This document shows, in pieces, positions 1 to 9,811 of a stretch of 64,000 nucleotides of DNA. A program made the translations under genes and the position numbers. The DNA is from Candidatus Bathyarchaeota archaeon. GTDB taxonomy: Archaea; Thermoproteota; Bathyarchaeia; Bathyarchaeales; DTEX01. Position 1 is the first letter of the stretch. Each line of letters begins with the position of its first letter. Below the pieces are notes generated by a model. The model searched no databases, was not told the origin of the DNA, and saw only the letters and a list, made by a program, of their open reading frames with translations. The stretch lies in the NCBI GenBank assembly GCA_963714275.1, contig CAVQNT010000006.1:364149-428148 (forward strand). Reading direction: 5' to 3'.

Positions 1-79
1 GTTTCATAGGTTTAACCATTAATTATAAAAGAATGCTTGGCACAGCGATGGAACTGTTGCGGAATAAGGATGGATAAAG

Positions 80-277
80 ATGGACTTAAAAAATGAGAAA
101 GTGTTGACTGATGAGGAATTAATGAACCTGATCCAGGAATATTTGGAGAAGGATTTTGACGAGTTGTGGTTTGATTTAACTTCGAAAGAAAGAAAAAAAG
201 TGTTCTCGAAACTCCTCACTGAATACATGGTCTCATTGATTAAGAGGAAGGCTAAAGAGTACAATAAACAAGGATGA
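80..277 (+). CDS. small acidic hypothetical protein
   Basis: 65-aa ORF with purine-rich upstream sequence; no recognisable motif. Confidence 0.5.
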   Translation: MDLKNEKVLTDEELMNLIQEYLEKDFDELWFDLTSKERKKVFSKLLTEYMVSLIKRKAKEYNKQG

Positions 278-331
278 ATAGTCAAGATTTAACTGAGCTT
301 TTATTATGGTAAGATGTGTCTTTAAATGTTT

Positions 332-451
332 ATTTAGGGTGCGGATTTTCCCGCCCAACTTTTAGATGGCTTTCATAGTTAACTCGGAGCGGAAAACCAG
401 TTTTGAATGGCTTTTTGGTTAATTATGGGAATCGGGATCCGCACTCTAAAT
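332..451. repeat. imperfect inverted repeat pair (15-bp arms, 14/15 match)
   Basis: ATTTAGGGTGCGGAT (332-346) vs ATCCGCACTCTAAAT (437-451). Confidence 0.6.
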
Positions 452-580
452 TTATGAAGAGGTTTAAAGCCTCTCAGCTAGAACCAGTTAAGACTCAAGT
501 TGAATAGGCTCTAAACCTTTCCAGAGAAAGGAAGGGTCCTCTTTTCTTTATATAATTTTCCAAAGTTAAAAGCGAGTGCA

Positions 581-612
581 TTAAATTTTAACCCCCCAAC
601 CCTAAACTAACT
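581..612 (-). repeat. TTAAAwTTTAA + G/T-tract motif, copy 1
   Basis: TTAAATTTTAACCCCCCAACCCTAAACTAAC; related copies at 1082, 14958 and 53890. Confidence 0.55.
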
Positions 613-699
613 TTTCCGTTCCTTCTCTTTTCCTATTAGCAATGTATCTAATGCAAGAGAGTAAGCTTCTTAACTAGCCTTTTTTTTGTCTTAATACTT

Positions 700-1023
700 C
701 TATTTTCGCTCTAGCTTGAAGATTACTGGTCTTAATCCGTCTGGGCAACATGCTACTGCAACTCCAGGTTCCTCATACCACTCAGGATACCAGGGATTGC
801 CACCAAACCTGAGCGTCATAATCATCGCGAACATTGCCTCCCAAGCCCAGGTGCAAAACTCGCTTGGCCTACAACAGTATTCATCAACCTGGAATACCTG
901 TCCTTCTTTGAAGACGGGACATGGACCACTATACTTTGCCTTGATTGGAAGATCTTTGAATACCTCTTTGGTGTCAAAACGCTTGAGCACTGTAATCTCT
1001 AAGTAACTTGCCTTCCTCTCCAA
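700..1023 (-). CDS. TIGR04076-family protein
   Basis: CPVFKEGQ.F, FC.WAW and CCPDG.RPVIFKLER motifs typical of the family. Confidence 0.85.
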   Translation of the reverse strand: MERKASYLEITVLKRFDTKEVFKDLPIKAKYSGPCPVFKEGQVFQVDEYCCRPSEFCTWAWEAMFAMIMTLRFGGNPWYPEWYEEPGVAVACCPDGLRPVIFKLERK

Positions 1024-1081
1024 ATAAACACCTCACCCATTGTCTAACCCGCGCACTTTTATGGCTTATGGAAGGACCTTC

Positions 1082-1106
1082 GTTTGGGTTTGGTGTTAAA
1101 TTTTAA
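1082..1106 (+). repeat. TTAAAwTTTAA + G/T-tract motif, copy 2
   Basis: GTTTGGGTTTGGTGTTAAATTTTAA, inverted relative to the copy at 581. Confidence 0.55.
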
Positions 1107-1215
1107 TTAAAAAATAATAATAAGCCTTACGAAATAATGCCCTCTCTCCCCTTAGCTTCACGGATTCTTTAAGTAGGTTTTGAGCTAGCTAAAGCCCTTA
1201 AGGGATGGGTGTGTT

Positions 1216-1494
1216 TTGGGTAAGACTGTTCCTTCTTTCCATATGATGCTTGAGTCGGAGATTGCTAAGTGGAAAGAATTCGTGAAGGCTCTTCCAGGCA
1301 ATTCAGACAAAAAAGCGTTTGAAGAGTTGATGAACCACTGCCGCAGGCACACCATGGCTGCAGGAGCCTCCGTTAGACCAATCGTATCAGATGCCATGTT
1401 CATGTCCATTCTTCTAGCTCACGAAAAAGAACTGAGAGAAATCAAGGCTTCACTAAAAAAACTTAACGGTGCCACGAGTAATGACGAACGATAG
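1216..1494 (+). CDS. small helical protein resembling the PolB2-associated family (arCOG07300-like)
   Basis: MG.T.PS......E...W..F..AL...D...F..L pattern with C-terminal SILL..E. Confidence 0.65.
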   Translation: MGKTVPSFHMMLESEIAKWKEFVKALPGNSDKKAFEELMNHCRRHTMAAGASVRPIVSDAMFMSILLAHEKELREIKASLKKLNGATSNDER

Positions 1495-1898
1495 TTACCA
1501 CTAGTCTACTCTCCTTTCTATTTTCAAATTGCATTTCCTAAGCGCGCACCTGAAGCTCAAGCCAAGGAAATCAAGTTTAAAGTCACTAGTAAAAAGAATA
1601 AAACAGCATAAAATTTATTACGTGGAAAAGGAGATGATAACTCTCTGGGAGATCCAACCTGTCTAAACATATATTTTCTCATCTCCCCGGCAGTTTGGGT
1701 TTCCCAGAAATCCTTTGAAGATGGAGTAGTGAAGATAGTAAGTTACAATATAATTCTGAAGTAAACTTGAAACTTTCATAGGGACGGTTTGCGTAGATTA
1801 AATAATATTCAGAGAATAGAAAATTCTAAGATAAGATCCCCCTCTCCCTCTGTCTTCACAGACTGCTTAAATGGATTTAGTAGTGTCTCTAAATTGTT

Positions 1899-2210
1899 AT
1901 GTTGATAACTGACCAAAGGCGACCAAGGACCATCTGGGGTGAACTTGAGGCTGGGTTAGGAACCGGACCCAGGTTCAGAGTGTTGCTGCATTTAGCGTTG
2001 CATCCGGAGGAATCCTTCACAAAATACGCATTAGTCAAAGCAACTGGGCTGAGGACTCCAGCTGTAACGGAGCAGATAGAAAGGCTTTCAGAGCTTGGGT
2101 GGATCAAAAGGCATGAGTTATTTCCAGCCAAGCATCAAATATGCCTAAACAACATAGTTGCCAGACTCGTTCATGACCTTTTTTGCAGTTTTAGAGGTGT
2201 CAAAGCATAA
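1899..2210 (+). CDS. winged-helix DNA-binding protein
   Basis: FTKYALVKATGLRTPAV...IERLSELGWI HTH-wing pattern. Confidence 0.7.
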   Translation: MLITDQRRPRTIWGELEAGLGTGPRFRVLLHLALHPEESFTKYALVKATGLRTPAVTEQIERLSELGWIKRHELFPAKHQICLNNIVARLVHDLFCSFRGVKA

Positions 2211-2225
2211 CAAGCCAGAAAGAAA

Positions 2226-2453
2226 ATGGAGGAAGTGTGTTTGAGGATTTATCACCGTGTTTTGAAGCAGCAGTACCGTAAGAAAGGATTTTATGAGTAT
2301 GAACTGGTCGCTGTGCCCATTCCAAAAAAGTATAATGAATTCATGAAGCCCTTTCTTGACAAGAACCTCGAAATATCCGTCCAAGTTCTCCCGCCCCCAC
2401 AAGAAGGATTCATGATGGTTTTGAAGCCCAAAAAGAGCTCTAAACCCCCGTAA
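2226..2453 (+). CDS. small basic hypothetical protein
   Basis: 75-aa ORF directly after the wHTH gene; YEYE..VPIPKKY. Confidence 0.55.
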   Translation: MEEVCLRIYHRVLKQQYRKKGFYEYELVAVPIPKKYNEFMKPFLDKNLEISVQVLPPPQEGFMMVLKPKKSSKPP

Positions 2454-2458
2454 AAACG

Positions 2459-2620
2459 TTTCTACATGTAGAAAAATGCCCTTCTAAAACCAGAAAAAAC
2501 CATGCCTTGCAAGCTGGAACAGCAACAGTTTAAACATAAAAATGATTAATCTCCTTATATAGCTGGAATTTTCTACATGTAGAAAAAGTTTGCCTTATAG
2601 TGTTTTTCTACGCGTAGAAA
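2459..2620. promoter_or_regulatory. three palindromic operator-like sites TTTCTACRYGTAGAAA
   Basis: perfect 16-18 bp palindromes at 2459-2474, 2569-2586 and 2605-2620, lying between wHTH genes. Confidence 0.75.
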
Positions 2621-2746
2621 CGAATTCACCGCAGCTTGCACGAAAAATATGATACATAAACCTGTGTAAAAAGCTCAAAAACCCCAAGCCAGAGAATTCC
2701 TCACTCAGGCAGCCTTGATGTCTTAAGACAGTCTGCTTAAGGGCTT

Positions 2747-3142
2747 GTGGGGGACATGACAGGAAATGGGAAACCACGACTATCCGTCTTCAAGGGTATA
2801 GAAGCAAGACTGAACAGAATTATCCTTCTTATTCTTGGCAGGGAATGTTGTTTGAACATCTGGCAAGTTTACAAGAGAGTAAGAGAAACCCGAGGTTTTC
2901 GGCACCTCAGATACCATGTTATTAACAGACGCATAAGGGATCTGGAGCAGGAAGGATTCATAGAAGTAACGATGGTAAAAGAGACACCGCAAGGACAAAA
3001 AGTAAAATATTATCAGCCAACCACGAAAACCTACCTTGCTTTCCTCCTGGATGCCATTAACCTTGACCAACTCATACAATCAGCAAACAACACAGACATC
3101 ATCACATTACTCGCAGCCCTATCAGCCACAGCAATGTCTTAG
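2747..3142 (+). CDS. winged-helix transcriptional regulator
   Basis: LNIWQVYKRV...YHVINRRIRDLEQEGFI...KYYQPT; the start may be the ATG at 2757. Confidence 0.7.
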   Translation: MGDMTGNGKPRLSVFKGIEARLNRIILLILGRECCLNIWQVYKRVRETRGFRHLRYHVINRRIRDLEQEGFIEVTMVKETPQGQKVKYYQPTTKTYLAFLLDAINLDQLIQSANNTDIITLLAALSATAMS

Positions 3143-3273
3143 CGAGCTCAGCTATTGGATTAAATCGATTTTTCACAAGTTTTTTGGATTGAATCGAGTA
3201 AGGCATTATTAGTGAGCTAGCGATAATTTCTTATTTCTAACCAAACATACAATTAATAGAGGAATGAATTATA

Positions 3274-4083
3274 ATGGTTAAATGTTCGAAGTGTGGGTTT
3301 GACATCTTCGCTAAGAGTGCAGCTTTCTGCGTTAATTGTGGGGCACCCATTGAAAGGAAGACGACTGATGCTGATGTATCGAAGCTTAGCGCGCTACCGA
3401 ATAAGCAGGGAAAAAATGCAAAATCTAGGATTATTGAAGAGTTATCAAATAATCTAATCTCCTATAACAAAGAAATTGCTGAAATTGAGAAGTTTTCTGG
3501 AGAGAGTCTGAAAATATTCGCAAAAAATATTGAAGGAGACAAGAAGGATCAAAAAGAGCTTAAGCAATTCCAGCCACAATGCAAAGATTATAAGGACCCA
3601 GAAGGATATGAGCGGGATTACAGGAAATACAAACTTATGATAGAAGAGTTCATCAAAGATGCAGAAAAATTAGAGCAAGAATTGAAAACAGAAGTTAAAA
3701 AGGCTAATGTGTCCGCAGAGAATTATAAAAAACTTTACAACAATATCTCGGATGATAAAAAATTACTAGATTGGGTAAAGAAGTTAGAGCCAACAAGCAT
3801 ACTTCAAGACCTAGAAGGGAACTATACTAATCTAGTGCAAGAAGCGAATAGGAAAAAGGAAAAACCTTGTGAACTCTGCGACGAAGCAAACAAATTGATG
3901 GAAGACTTAAAAAAATGTATAGAAGATTTTCAGCTATTGAGCAATGATACCCATGAATGGCGCGAGGATACCCAAATGGTGGAGAAAAAAGGAATGATAC
4001 CAGACACACCGAGAAGAGAGGAAGTAAGAACAGGCCGGTATAGATGTGAAAACTGTGGTCAGGTTAGTTTCAAGCCAGATTGA
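3274..4083 (+). CDS. zinc-ribbon / coiled-coil protein
   Basis: N-terminal CSKC..CVNCG, long heptad-rich region, internal CELC, C-terminal CENCG; AT-rich. Confidence 0.7.
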   Translation: MVKCSKCGFDIFAKSAAFCVNCGAPIERKTTDADVSKLSALPNKQGKNAKSRIIEELSNNLISYNKEIAEIEKFSGESLKIFAKNIEGDKKDQKELKQFQPQCKDYKDPEGYERDYRKYKLMIEEFIKDAEKLEQELKTEVKKANVSAENYKKLYNNISDDKKLLDWVKKLEPTSILQDLEGNYTNLVQEANRKKEKPCELCDEANKLMEDLKKCIEDFQLLSNDTHEWREDTQMVEKKGMIPDTPRREEVRTGRYRCENCGQVSFKPD

Positions 4084-4568
4084 ATACCGTTAGATATTTT
4101 TAGGTCGCGCGCTAATCGATTGAGTTAATGTTTCATTTCCTTTTCTTAAGTCAGTGTAGAAGAAGAGAAACAAAAATCCATTTGAAGGGATATTTGAGGA
4201 AAAAGCCAATGTAACTAATCCTTAGACATTGGATTAGTATCTGTTTAAACCTAAGAATCTGTCTTGGAATCAGAACATTAAAACCCGATGTACACATCAA
4301 AAAAGCATTGGAAGAACTAGGACATGGAAAGAACGTCGAAGTATGTGAACTAATTTCCGAGTTAATCGGGTATTCTCCTCTGGAATTGGATCAGATATTC
4401 TGGTAAACGTGCCTACTCTATGATGAAAACGTGAACGATGAAAACCTTCTTTTTCTTCGAAGGTTTCCAGAATGTAGTATATTATCAAATTGTAAATTTT
4501 CTGTGTTGGATGTTAATTTTCAATGTGGACTTTCATTGTTCTTCCTAATAGTAAAGTTGTAACTTGAT

Positions 4569-4612
4569 ACTGTCCTTTGCAGACCCCGACAAAGGACAGT
4601 GTCCTTTGTTGG
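4569..4612. promoter_or_regulatory. three GTCCTTTG boxes in alternating orientation (overlapping inverted repeats)
   Basis: ACTGTCCTTTG / CAAAGGACAGT perfect 11-bp inverted repeat; CCGACAAAGGAC / GTCCTTTGTTGG second inverted repeat. Confidence 0.65.
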
Positions 4613-4663
4613 CGCCAGAAATGTCTTATAGTTTTGTTTCAACAAACATTCAAGGTGACATAA

Positions 4664-4924
4664 TTGGTCAGTTTAGTGGAGTCATGGGAAGACCTAGAAG
4701 AATACGCAAAGTGGTGCAGAACCGGCGCCTACCAGACACGGGAAACCGTTGAAGGCATCGAGCTTCGGGTCTTCACTGGCAGGTTTGGCTTTGTAAAATG
4801 TTTCAGGGAAACACAGGATCCCCTGTTCAATCACATCCTGGAGTTCTGCAAAACGGAAGGCTTCATAAAAGTCCTGGGCAACGTGCCAGACGACCTCTTC
4901 TTTTCGGTGCACAGAGAATCTTAA
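4664..4924 (+). CDS. hypothetical protein upstream of the recombinase
   Basis: 86-aa ORF preceded by an AAGGTGA SD-like motif; compact alpha/beta-like composition. Confidence 0.6.
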   Translation: MVSLVESWEDLEEYAKWCRTGAYQTRETVEGIELRVFTGRFGFVKCFRETQDPLFNHILEFCKTEGFIKVLGNVPDDLFFSVHRES

Positions 4925-4935
4925 GTCTTTCAGTA

Positions 4936-6160
4936 ATGAATGGGCAGGGGAGTGGCTGGCTTCCACAGCTCCGTCAACGCATTCTTTTCACCAAAGCAGG
5001 TTCAAACCCCAGATGGGAAGTCCGACATGCATAGCGTCGGCCTGCACCAGCCCCCCATATGCCCAGAATGTGGCTCATCCAAAGCCTGGAAAGATGGGTT
5101 TAGACATGCAGATCAAGGTCTAGTGCAAAGATGGCTCTGCAGAAGCTGCGGAAAAAGGTTTAGCCAATCAAGCCTAACCAATAAAAAGGAGGACCAGCAC
5201 ACTTTAATGTACCAAGTATGCGTTGCTGACGGAGCTACGAAAAACTTGGACACAGTAGAAACCCGAGAAGATGAGGCTAAGCGGGAAGCCACACCAACTT
5301 TAGAATTTGCATGGAAACAAAAGAAACGTGGATTATCTGATTCGACTATAATGACAAGAACATATAGACTTAAAGTGTTAATGCAAAAAGGAGCAGACCT
5401 TTACAATCCTGATAGTGTAGAAACAGTTTTAGCGACGAGCTCATGGACACAAGCAAATAAACAATTCTTCATCATGGCTTATCATTCGTTCTGTAAAACT
5501 ATGAACATATCTTGGATACCTGTTAAAGTCAAATATGAACCGAAACAGCCATTCATACCTTTAGAAACAGAGATAGATCAATTAATAGCAGGTTGCGGAA
5601 AGAGAACAGCCACATTCTTACAAACATTGAAAGAAACAGGTGCAAGAAGCGGAGAGGTCGCTAAGCTCAAGTGGACTGACGTAAACGAAAAAAACAACAC
5701 CATAGCCATAAACGATCCAGAGAAAAACAGTAACTCCAGAACCCTAAAAGTTTCAAGTAAATTAATAGCCATGTTAAACGCCATGCCAAAAAGCAGTATC
5801 TTCGTATTCTGCACACACGTAAGATCAATTTACGGCGCATTCTCAAGACAGAGAAATAAACTGTCAAGAACCCTTCAGAATCCAAGAATCAAGCAAATAC
5901 ACTTTCATACCTTAAGGCATTGGAAAGCCACAATGGAATACCACAGAACCCGAGACATACTTTACGTGAAACATCTATTAGGACATAAACGATTAGAGAA
6001 CACAGAAGGTTATACACACTTAATAGACTTTGAATCTGATGAATATTGCGTATCACACGCTAAAACCTTAAAAGAAGAAAATACACTCTTAGAAACAGGC
6101 TTTGAGTTTATACGATATTCTCAAGAGGATAAAGTAGCCATATACCGAAAGAGAAAGTAG
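4936..6160 (+). CDS. tyrosine recombinase/integrase with N-terminal zinc ribbon
   Basis: CPEC..CRSC ribbon; catalytic R (TGARSGE), K, HxxR (HTLRH), LGH, Y. Start is 4936 if the BHB intron is spliced, otherwise 4940 or an internal ATG. Confidence 0.92.
4941..5065 (+). other. bulge-helix-bulge motif enclosing a candidate 106-nt mRNA intron (4953-5058)
   Basis: TGGGCA-GGGG-AGT-GGCTGG ... CCAGCC-CCCC-ATA-TGCCCA: 6+4+6 Watson-Crick pairs with two 3-nt bulges in canonical geometry. Confidence 0.65.
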
Positions 6161-6219
6161 GAAAAGACGTGTTGATAACGAAAAAAGCATGCTACAAGAG
6201 CATTCATGCGTGATGAGAC

Positions 6220-7378
6220 ATGGCGTTGATTGATTTACGAAGCCAAAAAGTGGCAAAAACCAAGGATGAAATGATTAAACATCTGAAAAGTTTCCGTCTG
6301 GAACCCCGTTTCTCAGCAGGAGTGTGGTTCTTTTTTCCGGGAGGAAGCAGGTTCCACGAAGCATTCATAGAGAAAGGCTCAATCCAAGACATACTAGATA
6401 AAGTTGCAGCTCTCTACGACCGTGGCGTGGTTGATTCCAGCTTTGGTCTGGAAGCCCATTTCCCAAACGAAGTAAACGATGAGCTCATTGACAAGTACAA
6501 GAGTCTCCAGAAAGAAACGGGCATAAAGCTCGATTACCATAGTTCCCAACCTTTTCTATGAGAAGACGTTTGAGTTTGGTTCCCTCTCCAACCCGAACCC
6601 GAAGGTCAGAAGGAAAGCCATCGACAGAACCATCAAGTCTCTTGAACTCAACAAAGAACTGAATACAGAATTCAGTATTGTTTGGCCTGGCGGGGATGGC
6701 TATGAAAATCCAGCGGGAACCGAGTTCTACCTCATGTGGGACAACTTCGAAAAAGGATTAGCGGAAGCCATGGACGCCGTTCCTGGTGTAAGGGTCGCCA
6801 TTGAACCTAAGCCCTACGAACCCAGAGGAAACAACATCTACCGAAACACGGCGAACGGAATCCTCATGACCAGAAACGTCGAAGCCCTATTTTCATCCAA
6901 GGAAAATAAAAGATTACTCAGTGAAGGTCATGCATTAGTTGGATTGAATCCGGAAGTCGGTCACGTCCTGATGGGGCACGAGGAACTGGCGTATTCCTTC
7001 GCGTCCATCCTCCGGGAAGGCAGACTAGCCCACACGCACTGGAACAGCCAGCCTTTAGGCAATTACGATCAGGACTTAAACGTCGGAGTCTTAGGGCTTG
7101 ACCAAATGTTTGCCACGTTGTTTGTCCTGAGAATGTACGGGTATAGGTGCAGGTTTGGAATAGACATCAATCCGGAAAGGATGCCTGTGGAAAAGGCTTT
7201 GGTCCTGAACATCAATGCGCTTAGAGCTGCCTGCGACCGTGTGAACGAGGTGGACTGCGACAGACTCGTTGAAGCCATGCATAGTCCTGAACAGAACAGA
7301 GGCGTAGTTGAAGACGTGATGACGAGAGCCCTAGCTCCGCAGTCGACGCGCCTCATTAACCTCGACAATGTAGACTAG
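6220..7378 (+). CDS. xylose-isomerase-like TIM-barrel sugar isomerase (one apparent frameshift near 6530)
   Basis: WPGGDG, IEPKPYEPR, NPEVGH, HWNSQ..YDQD motifs; two ORFs joined by a 1-nt correction. Confidence 0.8.
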
Positions 7379-8346
7379 CTAAGACTTTTTCTGCAACCTG
7401 AAAATCATTCTTTGCTTCATCCACGGAGCCAACTCCGACCATGCAGGCGTCCACTTCGACTTTTTTGAAAACGTAGGTTAGTGCTTCCTCAGGCGGGATT
7501 CTGCCCCCAGCAAACGGTTTGATGGCGACTACGAGTTTTCCCTGTTTTTTCGCATCTTTAATGGACGTTTCCGCTATTTTCTGCGTTGGAAACATCATGG
7601 CGCCAAGTTTGTTAACTGGCGTAATGAATCCATCATACCCCTTAACGAATCTTTTAGAGATTAATTGATGGGACGCTCCAATATGGTGTGAACCTAATAA
7701 GACGTGATGTCCCGTTTGACTGGTCTTATCAAGGAGCTCCTCAAGTAAGTCTATCCGCGAGATTGCTAGGAAATCGGTTCCTGAGCCGGGTTCAATCCAG
7801 CCTACATTGTAGTCATTGAATTCATTAATCGATGCTTCCCAAACTTTCCAGTTGACCTTCAAATCATTTACGAGCTTATCGTGTTTATACGATTTTGCTG
7901 AATTGAGTCCTTCCTTCCATCCTTGTCGGTAGTTCAGGATTGGGTCTTCGAGGTATCTTTGCGTAATTATATTTCCGTATTGCCTAGCCTCATGTTCCAA
8001 ATGGGTTTTCCATCTTCGGTAGTCGTCTACTCTTTTTCCTTTGAACCTGAACGGCACGTCGATGCATGGTATGAGCCAAATCTGCTTTTCGTCCTCAGCC
8101 TCGATTTCTTTTACTGCGTCAAGGTAGTTTGGGGCAAGAGGGTTGAAGGTTCGGCTTGAGGCAGCAAAGAACTTCACGTCGTGGTTCAGGGCGGTTCTGA
8201 TGACTTTCTTCGTTTCAGCCTTGTTTCGGAATCTTTCATTGTATTCGCTGTCTTTAGTTGTGCCTTGGTAGCCTGACTCCAAGCATAGGAAGGTTGCCTA
8301 GAATTATCCTGTGCTTCCTCAGAATTTCGGTGGATGCTAAGGTCAT
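7356..8346 (-). CDS. hypothetical protein with aldo/keto-reductase-like C-terminus (frameshift near 8270)
   Basis: PVNKLG, AIKPFAGGRIPPEEAL.YV, MVGVGS..EA. Confidence 0.6.
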
Positions 8347-8441
8347 GTTTCTTCAACCTGTTAGCTTATGGTTCTTTAGGCGTTCGTAACAACATCTATG
8401 TATAACGTAAAATGTAGGAAGACGTTTTTTTTATGCCAGCC

Positions 8442-8756
8442 TTATTTGTTGTTTGCTTGTTTGGGGAGAACCTTGAAGTGCGGTTGAAGCCTGTCGGAGC
8501 TCAGCAACGCGTTCATGGAAAAGTAGGTGTCAGAGAACTTTTGTTTAACCATTTCTTCGAGGTCCTGCGCGGAATAGATTTTTCCGACTTCCAGCTTCAG
8601 CTGCTCATCGATCATCGCGTCCACGATGCTGGTTTGTTCGATCACGGTGCCGCAGTCGCCGCAGAAGGTTGCCTCAGTGTCTCTCAGGATGGTCCCTGAA
8701 CCGCATTTAGGGCATTTTATGCCTTTAACTTGAAAAAGGTCTTTTTCGACCATCAC
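8442..8756 (-). CDS. TFIIB-type zinc-ribbon protein
   Basis: CPKCGS...FCGDCGTVI. Confidence 0.6.
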   Translation of the reverse strand: MMVEKDLFQVKGIKCPKCGSGTILRDTEATFCGDCGTVIEQTSIVDAMIDEQLKLEVGKIYSAQDLEEMVKQKFSDTYFSMNALLSSDRLQPHFKVLPKQANNK

Positions 8757-8916
8757 CGCCCACGAATATAGAATGTGCAGACAAGATTAATACAACTTTC
8801 TATCATTGTTGAGAAAGTGATGTTAGAGTTATATGAGTGCCCTCTAGAAATGACTAATATAATTGAAGATGTTTATTGCAGTAAACCAAGACAAAAATGG
8901 AAGGAGAAAACAAGCA

Positions 8917-9790
8917 GTGAAGAAAGTTAAGTATGAAGAAATGTTTCCACACGAAATTGAGGAAATAATGCATGAAACACCCATCGCCTACCTCGCTTTA
9001 GGAACCTTGGAATGGCATGGACCGCATCTCGCACTGGGAAATGACGCCGTCAAAGCCTACGAGTCTGTGCCTACGCATAGCCACGAAAACGGGTGGCATC
9101 GTTGTGCCGCCTACGTTCTGGGCGATTGGCGGAATGCCCCAGCCGTGGACGACAAGGTTTACTGAAGAATTGATTGGACAGCTATTTTACGGAATTTTTG
9201 AACAACTGTCACATGTCGGCTTCAAAGTAATCGTTGCTGTAACTGGGCATTATGGGCATGAACAAGTGCTGACACTAAAGCAGGAAGCCCTCAAGTTCAT
9301 GTTGAGAAACAACACAGTGATTTTTCCCATAGCTGAATACGAAGTCACGACGGACAAGGGCTACCGTGGGGACCACGCCGCGAGATGGGAGACCTCTATT
9401 TTGTGGTATCTTCGCCCAGAACTTGTTGACATAAACCGACTACCCAAGACCGAAAAGATCCTGAACGTTTACGACCACGGAATAATGGGGGAAGACCCGA
9501 GAGCCAACGCGTCGCAGGAACTGGGAAAAGATATAGTCACCATAATAGTTAATCGCCTTGCTGAAACGTCGTTGCAGCTGTTAAAAAATACCTCGCAGTT
9601 CCAGCGTTCAATGTACATTACAGCCCTCTCTAGGCAAGTGCAAATATTGAACAAGAACATTCTAGCGAAGTTAAGGAAGGAGGGAGACGAAGCGAAGCTT
9701 GAAACTTATTATCAGTTCCTTGACCTCGTCTGGAAAGGAAACTATATTGAAGCAATAAAGACAGCAGATATTCTACTTGCAGAAGAGTAG
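8917..9790 (+). CDS. creatininase-family amidohydrolase (frameshift near 9064)
   Basis: G.LEWHGPHL..GND, TGH.G, DHA..WETS. Confidence 0.85.
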
Positions 9791-9811
9791 AAATGCCCAA
9801 AATTAAAAGAA

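Noticed and set aside
581-612. ORB / replication origin (palindrome plus G-string)
   Set aside because: Lacks the TCCA-N-TGGA-type ORB core, and no cdc6/orc1 gene is in the window.
4954-5057. tRNA gene inside the integrase 5' region (GGTTCAAACCC, GGCTGG/CCAGCC)
   Set aside because: No valid D or anticodon arm and wrong spacing; kept only as a structured intron candidate.
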